A DNA stretch of 64,000 nucleotides from Anaerolineales bacterium (GCA_027023425.1 JALVVL010000012.1:68285-132284), one strand, 5' to 3'. Shown: positions 1 to 7,695, counted from the stretch's first letter. Notes: generated from the letters alone by a model not told the origin. Made by a program: numbers and translations.

Positions 1-536
1 ACTATTGTGCCGTCGCGGGTTATCCCCATCTTTTTGGCGAGGGCGGGTTGCGCCTCAGGGTCTACAAATTCATACTTGAATTTGCCGTGGGAGGCAAATT
101 GGTATTGATCCAGCAGATTCTTGGCGGTGTCGCGCGGTATCCGTTTTGAATAGAACGCTATCGCTTTCACCGGCTTGGGCAATTGCTTGAGGGTGTCAAT
201 GGTCACCTTGTCCAAAGTATGGGTTTTATCGGCCGTTAGGTCCCAGCGTTTGGGATATTGGTAGCCGATGTAGTTGATGACCGCCAAGATGCCGATGAAG
301 GCCAGAGAAAGCACCAGAGCGTTGCTACCGTAACGGGCTTGCCTGCCGGTGAGGGCTGCGCGCACTTTTTCGGGCACCAAAAGCATGTAAACAGCAATTG
401 CCAGCACTGCAACGCCCAGTGTGAGGAGAACGGTCGGCTTCCAGCCGCGCCAAATGTAGTATTCGGCGGCGGCGGCTACCAGCGCCACAACGCTCAGCGC
501 CAGAAGCCATGGGGCGATTCGTTCTTTAGTGTCCAT
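1..536 (-). CDS. GldG-like auxiliary protein of an ABC-2 exporter (N-terminal part; gene runs off the left edge)
   Basis: Not in ORF track because there is no stop in the window. Minus-strand ATG at 534-536 overlaps the permease stop (TAATG). My translation is MDTKERIAPWLLALSVVALVAAAAEYYIW...QYPKRWDLTADKTHTLDKVTIDTLKQLPKPVKAIAFYS: a TM anchor then a DLT..k..tL region as in GldG-type proteins. Gene order is ATPase-permease-GldG. Confidence 0.55.
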   Translation of the reverse strand, partial: MDTKERIAPWLLALSVVALVAAAAEYYIWRGWKPTVLLTLGVAVLAIAVYMLLVPEKVRAALTGRQARYGSNALVLSLAFIGILAVINYIGYQYPKRWDLTADKTHTLDKVTIDTLKQLPKPVKAIAFYSKRIPRDTAKNLLDQYQFASHGKFKYEFVDPEAQPALAKKMGITRDGTI

Positions 537-1273
537 TAGCGCCACCTCCGAGTTTCTACGATGATGCTACCGGCAAAAATGCCAAACGCCGTTACGCTTA
601 GGTAGTAGATGATGTCGCGCGTGTCAATAATCCCAACCGCGAGGGTGTTGTAGAAATGGTTGCTGAAGTCCAAATACTGCCAAATTTCGCTGCCGCCGAG
701 GCCGTGTGCGGGGAAGCCGATAATCCACAAAAGCAAGAAAAACGCCAATGAGGCGACAAAAGCCGCTATTTGGTTGTTGAACATGGCCGAAATTGCCGTC
801 CCGAGGGCGGTAAACGCCGCACCCATCAGGATCAGCCCGAGGTAGCCGCTGATAACCGGCCCCCAATCTATCCCCGGCTTCACCAAAAAATTGAGAGTTA
901 CCGGATACACCAGCGTTATCAGTGTGAGCGTGGTCACGAACAAGAAACTGCCCAACCATTTGCCGATGATGAGTTCCCAATCGCGGATTGGGGCGGTGAG
1001 GAGCAGTTCCAAAGTGCCATTGCGTTGTTCGGCGGCCAATAGGTGCATGGTGAGGGCTGGGGTGATGAACACCAGCAGGGTCGTTATCGGGTTGATGATG
1101 ATGTCAATGCCGGGGGCATATGGCCGCATAAAGGCGTTCATGGCGCTGGCGGCTACGTTGGCGTAGAAGATGATGCCTAACACCAGCAGGTAGAGGAAAG
1201 CGACCAAGTACGCCGCGGGCGAGGTGAAGTAACGGGCGTATTCCCGTTTGGTGATGATCCAGATGTTGCGCAT
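536..1273 (-). CDS. ABC-2 type transporter permease (GldF-like)
   Basis: 245 aa with multiple hydrophobic helices. It is sandwiched between an ABC ATPase and the GldG-like gene, and its stop overlaps the next start. Confidence 0.75.
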   Translation of the reverse strand: MRNIWIITKREYARYFTSPAAYLVAFLYLLVLGIIFYANVAASAMNAFMRPYAPGIDIIINPITTLLVFITPALTMHLLAAEQRNGTLELLLTAPIRDWELIIGKWLGSFLFVTTLTLITLVYPVTLNFLVKPGIDWGPVISGYLGLILMGAAFTALGTAISAMFNNQIAAFVASLAFFLLLWIIGFPAHGLGGSEIWQYLDFSNHFYNTLAVGIIDTRDIIYYLSVTAFGIFAGSIIVETRRWR

Positions 1274-1276
1274 GGT

Positions 1277-2293
1277 TTAGCCCTCCTCGCTGGCTTTTTC
1301 ATCTGCTTCATCTGCCGGGGTGTTGGATGGGGCTTCGCTCTCGGCAGGTGATTCTTCTTGCTCTTGCTCGGTTTCGCTTTCTTCGCCAACCAGTTGCAAG
1401 AAGATGTCTTCAAGGCTCATTTCGGCCAGCCGCATTTCAAGCAGGTCGTAGCCGTTTTCCAGCACGGTGCGGGCGATGAGGGGGCGCAGTTCTTCGTTTT
1501 CTTCTACGAGGATTTCCAAGCGCCCTTGCGATATTGTGCCGACGCCGCGCACGCCCGGAAGCCCGCTCAGCCGTTTTTCAAGGGCGTCAATTTTGTCGCC
1601 GCGCACTTCTACAATGATGCGCCTGCCGCCTTGCAGCCGCAACTGTAGCGCTTGCGGCGTATCTTCGGCTACGATTTTCCCTTGGTTGATGATGAGCACG
1701 CGGTCGCACAACTGTTGCGCTTCGGCAAGTATGTGTGTGGAAAGGATTACGGTGTGCTCTTTGCCGATTTCCTTGACCAGTTCGCGCACTTCCACCACTT
1801 GGGTTGGGTCAAGGCCGATTGTGGGCTCGTCTAAAATCAGCACTTCGGGTTTGTGGATGATTGCCTGTGCCAAGCCGACGCGCTGGCGCATACCTTTGGA
1901 AAGCGAGCCGATGAAACTGCCAGCGCGCTCAGCCATCCCTACGCGCTCAAGCACTTCCCATGCCCTGTCTTCCACATTTGGGGTGCGCCGCAATTTACCC
2001 ATGAAAATTAGGTAATCTATCACCGTCATGTCGGGGTAAAGCGGCACAGTTTCGGGCAGGTAGCCGACGCGCTTGCGCACTTCCAGCGAATCGTCCACCA
2101 CATCGTAACCGGCAATGCGCGCCGTCCCCGATGTGGGCGGCATGTAGCCTGTAAGTATGCGCATTGTGGTGGTCTTCCCTGCTCCGTTTGGGCCGAGGAA
2201 GCCGAGAATTTCGCCCTTGTTGGCGTGGAATGTAAGATTGTCTATCGCCAAACGGGGACCGTAGGTTTTGGTGAGGTTTTGGACATCTATCAT
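1277..2293 (-). CDS. ABC transporter ATP-binding protein (GldA-like) with acidic C-terminal tail
   Basis: Walker A GPNGAGKTT, signature LSKGMRQR, Walker B LILDEPT. The last ~40 aa are E/S-rich. Confidence 0.9.
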   Translation of the reverse strand: MIDVQNLTKTYGPRLAIDNLTFHANKGEILGFLGPNGAGKTTTMRILTGYMPPTSGTARIAGYDVVDDSLEVRKRVGYLPETVPLYPDMTVIDYLIFMGKLRRTPNVEDRAWEVLERVGMAERAGSFIGSLSKGMRQRVGLAQAIIHKPEVLILDEPTIGLDPTQVVEVRELVKEIGKEHTVILSTHILAEAQQLCDRVLIINQGKIVAEDTPQALQLRLQGGRRIIVEVRGDKIDALEKRLSGLPGVRGVGTISQGRLEILVEENEELRPLIARTVLENGYDLLEMRLAEMSLEDIFLQLVGEESETEQEQEESPAESEAPSNTPADEADEKASEEG

Positions 2294-2440
2294 GGTGACA
2301 ACTCCCCTGAGTGGGCTTTAACGGCAAGAGCGCGTTGTCGCTTTGCGGCAACGGCAAAGGTAAAACAACGCGCTTACTTTTATCACTATAGGAGCGCCCC
2401 TTTGATGTGTCAAGAGGGATGTGGATTTTCTAATAGAACG

Positions 2441-2668
2441 CTAATCTGTGGTTTCCTATCCACAGATTGACACAGATTTGCACCGATTGAGTAAGGAAAC
2501 CACAGAGGACACAGAAATTTACAGAGAACACAGAAAAATTTTTTCTTGGCGTCCTCTGTGTCCTTGGCGCCCTTGGCGTTAACCTCTGTGCTAATCTGTG
2601 TAATCTGTGGTTTTCTCTTTGCGTCCTCTGCGTTCTTGGCATCCTTGGCGTTAACTCCTTGGCGTTAT
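2441..2668 (-). repeat. Mosaic phased-repeat array L1 (reverse orientation)
   Basis: Read on the minus strand the module order is D-E-A-D-B-C. The outer end is C module 2458-2489 (ATCCACAGATTGACACAGATTTGCACCGATTG). The inner end (D units ACGCCAAGG) supplies the last codons and stop of the recombinase-like gene. Confidence 0.9.
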
Positions 2669-3571
2669 CTCATCCAGTCGTTGTAATTTTTGATACACCT
2701 CACGCCATTGCACTTTAGAAATGCCGAGTTTTTGGCGAATGTTGTTTGGCGGCATGCCGGCGCGCAAGTCTATCAGCGCTGCAGTCCACCGGCAAATGGA
2801 AAACGAAAGCCGGTGCTGGATGTTTGCGGCTTCGCCGAGGTCTTCAAGCACGTACTCCAGCAGGCGCGCCGTCCATGGAAAGAGGCGGTCGGTAAGCCGA
2901 TATTGCTGACGGTAGGCGTTGTAAATTTCTGCCCATTCTGCGGGCAGGGGGATTTTGCGCTCGCGATAGCGATGCTTTGGGCTGGGGTAGCGCACAAAGA
3001 GGTAAGGGGGGCTTTCTTCCAAGGCGAGGTGCTCTAAGTGGATGTTTACAGTTTCGCTTTTCTTGATTCCGGTGCTGAGTAGGAGCGAGGCCAGCGCGTA
3101 CGGGCGGGTATCGTGCGGCGGCTGTTTCCAAATTTTCTGCGCCGTTTGAAGCACGGCTTCTACCTCTTGCGGAGAAAGCACTTCGGGAAGGGGGCTGGTC
3201 ACCGAATGCTGTATTAGCCGCTCAGCAGGGTTGGTGAGTAGCACGCCGTTTTCAAAAAGCCACTTGAAGAACGATTTGAGGGAGGTGATGCGCCTCATGC
3301 AAGTTTTGGGTTTGCATGGCACGCCGCGCCCTTCCCGTACCCATTCCATGAAAGCGTTGAGGTGGTCGGTTGAAATGCGGTTGACGGGGTAGTCGGGCGG
3401 CAGGTATTTGGCGAGCAAGTTTAGGTCGCCGGTAAAGGCTTTGATGGTGTAGGGGGAATAGCCGCTGTCTTGCAGATAAACTTGCCATGCTTTGATAATC
3501 GGTGCGAGCGGCAAATTGCCGCTGATGTGCAAAGGAATTTGCTCTTTTTGGGATTGTGTGGTCTCGGGCAT
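2651..3571 (-). CDS. Tyrosine recombinase (XerC/D-phage integrase) family protein with apparently degenerate catalytic residues
   Basis: The track ORF is 2651-3670. I prefer the ATG at 3571, which sits 6 nt after AGGAGG. SAM-like core-binding region: YLQDSGYSPYTIKAFTGDLNLLAKYL...RRITSLKSFFKWL. Box I reads STGIKKSE (R to K). Box II reads SFSICRWTAAL (H to S; R and W kept). The tail LGISKVQWREVYQKL keeps the Tyr. Confidence 0.7.
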   Translation of the reverse strand: MPETTQSQKEQIPLHISGNLPLAPIIKAWQVYLQDSGYSPYTIKAFTGDLNLLAKYLPPDYPVNRISTDHLNAFMEWVREGRGVPCKPKTCMRRITSLKSFFKWLFENGVLLTNPAERLIQHSVTSPLPEVLSPQEVEAVLQTAQKIWKQPPHDTRPYALASLLLSTGIKKSETVNIHLEHLALEESPPYLFVRYPSPKHRYRERKIPLPAEWAEIYNAYRQQYRLTDRLFPWTARLLEYVLEDLGEAANIQHRLSFSICRWTAALIDLRAGMPPNNIRQKLGISKVQWREVYQKLQRLDEITPRS

Positions 3572-3599
3572 TTTACGCCTCCTGAGTTGCGCGTAGTGG

Positions 3600-3632
3600 T
3601 GCGTATAGTCACTGCGTATAGCCATTATAGCA
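3600..3632 (-). promoter_or_regulatory. Putative extended -10 promoter plus direct-repeat operator of the recombinase-like gene
   Basis: On the minus strand, TGCTATAAT (complement of 3624-3632) is followed by two copies of CTATACGCA (complement of 3600-3608 and 3613-3621, 13-bp spacing) before the RBS. Confidence 0.35.
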
Positions 3633-3676
3633 CAAACTTTGGTGGCGGGGGGGTATAATCTTTTCGGCAATTCAAG

Positions 3677-3899
3677 ACCGCAGAGGAAACCGCGAAATCT
3701 GCGGTTTCAGCAACCAAATCGGTGTAAATCTGTGTCAATCGGTGGATGAGCACGCCAAGGCCGCCAAGGGCACGGAGGACGCCAAGGATAAAAACCACAG
3801 ATTACACAGATTAGCACAGATTTTTTTGTGTTCTCTGTAAATTTCTGTGTCCTCTGTGTTTTTACTCCAATCGGTGTAAATCTGTGTCAATCGGTGGAT
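3677..3899 (+). repeat. Mosaic phased-repeat array L2 (forward)
   Basis: Module order F-C-D-A-B-C. The outer C module 3868-3899 (CAATCGGTGTAAATCTGTGTCAATCGGTGGAT) is a 30/32 inverted match to 2458-2489. Confidence 0.9.
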
Positions 3900-3928
3900 G
3901 GTAATGCCGTGCTCACAAGGAGGCTTGA

Positions 3929-4684
3929 ATGCCTGAGGTAACTCTCACTTTCCCTGCCGAGCATGTGGGCTTGATTGAAGTGGCGCGCCCGCAAGTTCTC
4001 AACGCCCTTTCCTGGGAGGCAATGGAGCAGTTTAGGGAACGGGTTGAAGAGGCGCTCGCCGCCGACCTGCGCGCATTGGTGGTTACGGGCGCGGGGCGGG
4101 CTTTCATCGCCGGCGGTGATTTGAAACAACTGGCCGATTACCCAACCGAAGCGGATGGCCGCAGGATGAGCGCGTTGATGACCCGCGCCCTCAACGCTTT
4201 GGAAGGGCTGCCTTTCCCGACCATCGCGGCGGTGAACGGGCCAGCGCGCGGCGGCGGCTCGGAGGTGGCGCTGGCTTGTGACCTGCGGGTGCTTTCCGCC
4301 GACGCTGACCTTGGCTTTGTGCAATCCCGCTGGTTTGTTACCCCGGGCTGGGGCATGGGACAGCGCCTGCTGAGGTTGGTGGGCTACGCGCGGGCATTGG
4401 ATTGGCTTCTCATGGGCAAGGTGCTCAGCGCCGATGAGGCCTACGAGCATGGCCTTGCCAACCGCGTTGTGCCCTCGGGTGAGGCAAAGTCGGAGGCGTT
4501 GAAATTGGCGCGCCAAATTGCCGAACTGCCGCCTGCGCTCACGCGCGCCATCAAAAGTATTTTGCGCGCCGGCATCACCTTGCCGCCCGCCACCGCCGCT
4601 ATGGTGGAACGGGAAGTCTTTCCCCCGCTATGGGCTTCGTCCGAACACATTGAAGCCGTGCTCCACTTTGCCCGCCGCCCTTAG
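3929..4684 (+). CDS. Enoyl-CoA hydratase/isomerase (crotonase) family protein
   Basis: LIEVARPQVLNALS...LVVTGAGRAFIAGGDLK...GGGSEVALACDLR is the crotonase fold signature. RBS AAGGAGG is upstream. Confidence 0.85.
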   Translation: MPEVTLTFPAEHVGLIEVARPQVLNALSWEAMEQFRERVEEALAADLRALVVTGAGRAFIAGGDLKQLADYPTEADGRRMSALMTRALNALEGLPFPTIAAVNGPARGGGSEVALACDLRVLSADADLGFVQSRWFVTPGWGMGQRLLRLVGYARALDWLLMGKVLSADEAYEHGLANRVVPSGEAKSEALKLARQIAELPPALTRAIKSILRAGITLPPATAAMVEREVFPPLWASSEHIEAVLHFARRP

Positions 4685-4706
4685 CCCCAATCCCTCAATC
4701 CCCCTT

Positions 4707-4735
4707 TTAACAATCCTCATACCTTTCTTTATCAT
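4707..4735 (+). promoter_or_regulatory. Putative sigma70-type promoter of hsp20
   Basis: TTAACA (4707-4712), 17 nt spacer, TATCAT (4730-4735). Confidence 0.4.
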
Positions 4736-4746
4736 TTTTCTTACAA

Positions 4747-4808
4747 ACACCTCCTATCCTATGCCATGAAAGGACATAAGACCACTGCCGTGAAGGAGGT
4801 GTGATATG
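4747..4808 (+). promoter_or_regulatory. Candidate RNA thermometer (anti-SD hairpin) in the hsp20 5' UTR
   Basis: ACACCTCCT (4747-4755) is perfectly complementary to AGGAGGTGT (4794-4802). The latter contains the Shine-Dalgarno 4 nt before the ATG at 4806. Confidence 0.35.
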
Positions 4809-5240
4809 ACAATCTATCGGTGGGATCCTTTCCGCAATGTTGAGCGGTTGATGGATGCGATGGACCGGCTGGTGGAAAGCAGTGTTGTGCCCATTGCAGG
4901 CGATGGTCGTGCTCAGGGTGTGCGCATTCCGCTCAATGTCAAGGCCGAAGAGGATGCTTTTGTGATAACAGCATGGGTGCCGGGCCTTGAAGCCGACGAT
5001 CTGCACATTGAGGTGTTGGAAGACACCGTTACGCTGGAAGGCGAATTCAAGGCGCCTGAGGGCGAAGGCTTGCTTTTGCAGGAAATTCCGGTTGGGCACT
5101 TCAAGCGTGTGCTGACCATGCCCACTCCGCTTGATCCCAGCAAGGCGCAGGCCGAACTGAAGAACGGTGTGCTCACCCTCACCTTGCCGAAGGCCGAGTC
5201 TGTCCGTCCGAAAGAAATCAAAGTGGTGGCTAAGAAATAG
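4806..5240 (+). CDS. Small heat-shock protein, Hsp20/alpha-crystallin family
   Basis: 144 aa. N-terminus MTIYRWDPFRNVERLMD, then an alpha-crystallin domain (VKAEEDAFVITAWVPGLEADDLHIEV...GVLTLTLPK). Confidence 0.9.
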   Translation: MTIYRWDPFRNVERLMDAMDRLVESSVVPIAGDGRAQGVRIPLNVKAEEDAFVITAWVPGLEADDLHIEVLEDTVTLEGEFKAPEGEGLLLQEIPVGHFKRVLTMPTPLDPSKAQAELKNGVLTLTLPKAESVRPKEIKVVAKK

Positions 5241-5262
5241 CGGCCGGATGGTCGCAAAGCCA

Positions 5263-5293
5263 CAAGCCCGCCAAGCGGCGGGCTTGTTTTTTT
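5263..5293 (+). terminator. Rho-independent terminator of hsp20
   Basis: CAAGCCCGCC-AAGC-GGCGGGCTTG followed by TTTTTTT. Confidence 0.85.
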
Positions 5294-5296
5294 GAG

Positions 5297-5723
5297 TAGG
5301 ACTTACGGAGTTGCCCGTAGAAGTGCGCGTTTCCATGTCATGGCGAGCCGCCGTAGGCGGCGAAGCCATCCCCCAGACAGTTTCAGGGGCGGACAGGGGT
5401 TTATCAAACCCCTGTCCTACCACCTCCAAAGGCGGAACAAGCGAAAAGTTGCACTTTTAGCGCCGAAAAAGTAATTTGGCAAAGTGAGGCGGCCGCCCGA
5501 ATTTTCCAATCTTATCGCTAATACTTGCTTTCTCGGAGGATGTTCTTATTGGAATGCGGCGACAAGTCACCGCTTTCCAAAGCGGTGCTGAGGCACCGCA
5601 CTCCAAAAAATGGTGTTTTCAGGGGCTGGTGTCCGCCCCTGAACCCAGACAGTGAGGGAGACCGCTTTGGCGGTCTACGACTGCCTCGCGGCGACATAAA
5701 GGAGGAGAACTGCGTAACTCCTA
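5297..5723 (+). mobile_element. MITE-like palindromic element H, copy 1 (interrupted by element K)
   Basis: Termini are TA-GGACTTACGGAGTT ... AACTGCGTAACTCC-TA, i.e. inverted repeats with flanking TA. It is collinear with the uninterrupted copy at 8351-8505 except for a 272-bp block. Confidence 0.75.
5382..5643 (+). mobile_element. 262-bp MITE-like element K nested inside H copy 1
   Basis: Perfect 13-bp terminal inverted repeats: TTCAGGGGCGGAC (5382-5394) and GTCCGCCCCTGAA (5631-5643). It is flanked by the 10-bp direct repeat CCCAGACAGT (5372-5381 and 5644-5653). The paralogous empty site is at 8425-8434. Confidence 0.8.
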
Positions 5724-5747
5724 ACATGATGACTGCGAGCATTTTGG

Positions 5748-7193
5748 ATGCTGAGTTATAATCACTCCATGGGCGAATGCGACCTTTTGCCGGAGCGCGT
5801 GGCCGCCTCTGCCGAGGAAATAGGCTTGCGGCGCGACGCCCTCATTTTGGTCGGGCTTTCTGGTGGGCCGGATAGCACTGCTTTGCTTGACGCTTTCCGC
5901 CGTTTGGGCTATTCTGTAGCGGCGGCGCACTACCATCACGGCTTGCGTGCGGAGGCGGACGCGGATGCCCGCGCCGCCGAGAACTTAGCCCGCAGGCTCG
6001 GCGTGCCCTTTGTACTGGGTAAAGCCGAGGACGAAGGCACGCCCATACCAAAAACTGGCACCGAAGAGGCCGCCCGCGAGCGCCGCTATCGCTTCCTCTT
6101 TTCCGCGGCGCGGCAACTAGGCGCTCGGGCTGTTGCCGTGGGGCACACCTACGACGACCGCGCTGAAACTGTGCTCATGCACATTATCCGCGGTACCGGC
6201 ATCCACGGCTTGGCCGCGTTGCGTCCTCGCGCTATCCTCCCGGGATGGGATGAAAACATCCCGCTGGTGCGTCCGCTGCTCGGCGTGCGCCGTGCTGAAA
6301 CGATTGCCTACTGCGCCTGCCGCGGCTTGCCCGTTCGCTGGGATTGGACAAATTGGCAACGGAAATACCTCCGCAACCGCGTGCGGCTTGATTTGCTACC
6401 GCGGCTCAGCAGTGAAAATCCGGCCATTGCCGAGGCACTCTGGCGCTTGGGCGAAGTTGCCGCGGCGGAAGACGAACTGCTGGAAAACTTAGCGCGGCGC
6501 GTGTTAGAAAAAACTGCCGTTCAGCAGGGCAAAGGCTACATCGGCTTGCGGCGGAGCGCTTTGCTCGCCGAGCCGCTTGCACTGCAACGGCGCACCCTCA
6601 AACTGGCGGCGAGGTTGCTTGGGGCAGAGGAGGTGCCTTTCAGCGCGATTGCCGACGCCCTGCGAGCCGCCCGTTCCACAAGCGGGCGCGCACGGCCGTG
6701 GTATGCTGGCGTTTTCCTGCTTGCGGAGGACGACGTGCTATGGCTAACGCGCTCGCCCGAAGCCTTGCCCGCTGAAGCCTTCCCGCAGATGCCCGCCGAG
6801 CGCCCCATCCCCCTACGCTTTGGCTCCAAAGTGGAATTGGCTAACGGTTGGGAATTTCGCCTTGGCGAGCCAGTGCCCCTTCCCCAGAATTGGCGCGAGC
6901 AAAGCGCCCCGCACAGCGTTTGGCTGGATGCAGATGCCTTCGTGCAACCGCTGATTTTGCGCCCGCCGCGCGTCGGCGACCGCATTGCCCCGCTTGGCAT
7001 GGGAGGCAGGTCGCAAAAAATTGGGGATGTGTTCACAAATGCCAAAATCCCGCTTCGCGCCCGCGGCCGCTGGCCTTTGCTGTGCGCGGGCGGTGAGGTG
7101 GTGTGGCTTCCCATGCTTCGCATCAGCGAGACGGCGCGGATCCGCCCTGCGACACGCTTGGCAGTGAAAGTAAGTGTACTAAAACGGGAGTGA
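5748..7193 (+). CDS. tilS: tRNA(Ile)-lysidine synthetase
   Basis: PP-loop LVGLSGGPDSTALL, central TilS domain, and a C-terminal TilS_C-like region (GRSQKIGDVFTNAKIP). The start codon is uncertain. Confidence 0.85.
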   Translation: MLSYNHSMGECDLLPERVAASAEEIGLRRDALILVGLSGGPDSTALLDAFRRLGYSVAAAHYHHGLRAEADADARAAENLARRLGVPFVLGKAEDEGTPIPKTGTEEAARERRYRFLFSAARQLGARAVAVGHTYDDRAETVLMHIIRGTGIHGLAALRPRAILPGWDENIPLVRPLLGVRRAETIAYCACRGLPVRWDWTNWQRKYLRNRVRLDLLPRLSSENPAIAEALWRLGEVAAAEDELLENLARRVLEKTAVQQGKGYIGLRRSALLAEPLALQRRTLKLAARLLGAEEVPFSAIADALRAARSTSGRARPWYAGVFLLAEDDVLWLTRSPEALPAEAFPQMPAERPIPLRFGSKVELANGWEFRLGEPVPLPQNWREQSAPHSVWLDADAFVQPLILRPPRVGDRIAPLGMGGRSQKIGDVFTNAKIPLRARGRWPLLCAGGEVVWLPMLRISETARIRPATRLAVKVSVLKRE

Positions 7194-7205
7194 GTGGAGG
7201 TTTGT

Positions 7206-7320
7206 GAGGCGTTAGGTCGTTGGGGCGTTAGGTCGTTGAGTCGTTGGGTCGTTAGGTCGTTGGGTCGTTGAGTCGTTGGGTCGTTGGGTCGTGAGTCGTT
7301 GGGTTGTTGCGTCGTAGTGG
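7206..7320 (-). repeat. Tandem 8-bp array (module G, reverse): about 14 units of GGTCGTTG / AGTCGTTG / GGTCGTTA
   Basis: Direct reading. It starts 13 nt after the tilS stop and is the complement of AACGACYY. Confidence 0.9.
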
Positions 7321-7670
7321 AGCAAAATTGCAAACCACAGAGAGCACAGAAATTTACAGAAAACACAGAAATTTTTTTCTTTGCGTCCTTTGCGCTTCTC
7401 CGTGCCTCTGCGTTACTCTTGGCGTCCTTCCGCAAATCCTAAATCGCTAATCTTCTCATCTGTGCTAATCTGTGTAATCTGTGGTTTTTATCCTTGGCGC
7501 CCTCTGCGCCTCTGCTTCCTCTGCGTCTCTGAGTTATCATCCACCGATTGACACAGATTTACACCGATTGGATTGTAAAACCGCAGATTTCACAGATTCC
7601 GCAGAAAAAAATCTGTGCTAATCTGTGTAATCTGTGGTTTTTATCCTTGGCGTCCTCTGCGTTACCATGG
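7206..7670 (-). repeat. Mosaic phased-repeat array L3 (reverse orientation)
   Basis: Read on the minus strand the module order is E-D-A-F-C-E-D-A-I-D-E-B-G. It ends 25 nt before the DUF47 gene start. Confidence 0.9.
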
Positions 7671-7695
7671 CAAAAACTTTCCACAGGAGCATACA

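Noticed and set aside
258-539. Track ORFs 258-539 (+) and 325-510 (-) at the left edge.
   Set aside because: Both lie within the much better supported minus-strand GldG-like reading frame (1-536). That frame has a start coupled to the upstream permease stop and a sensible TM-plus-ectodomain sequence.
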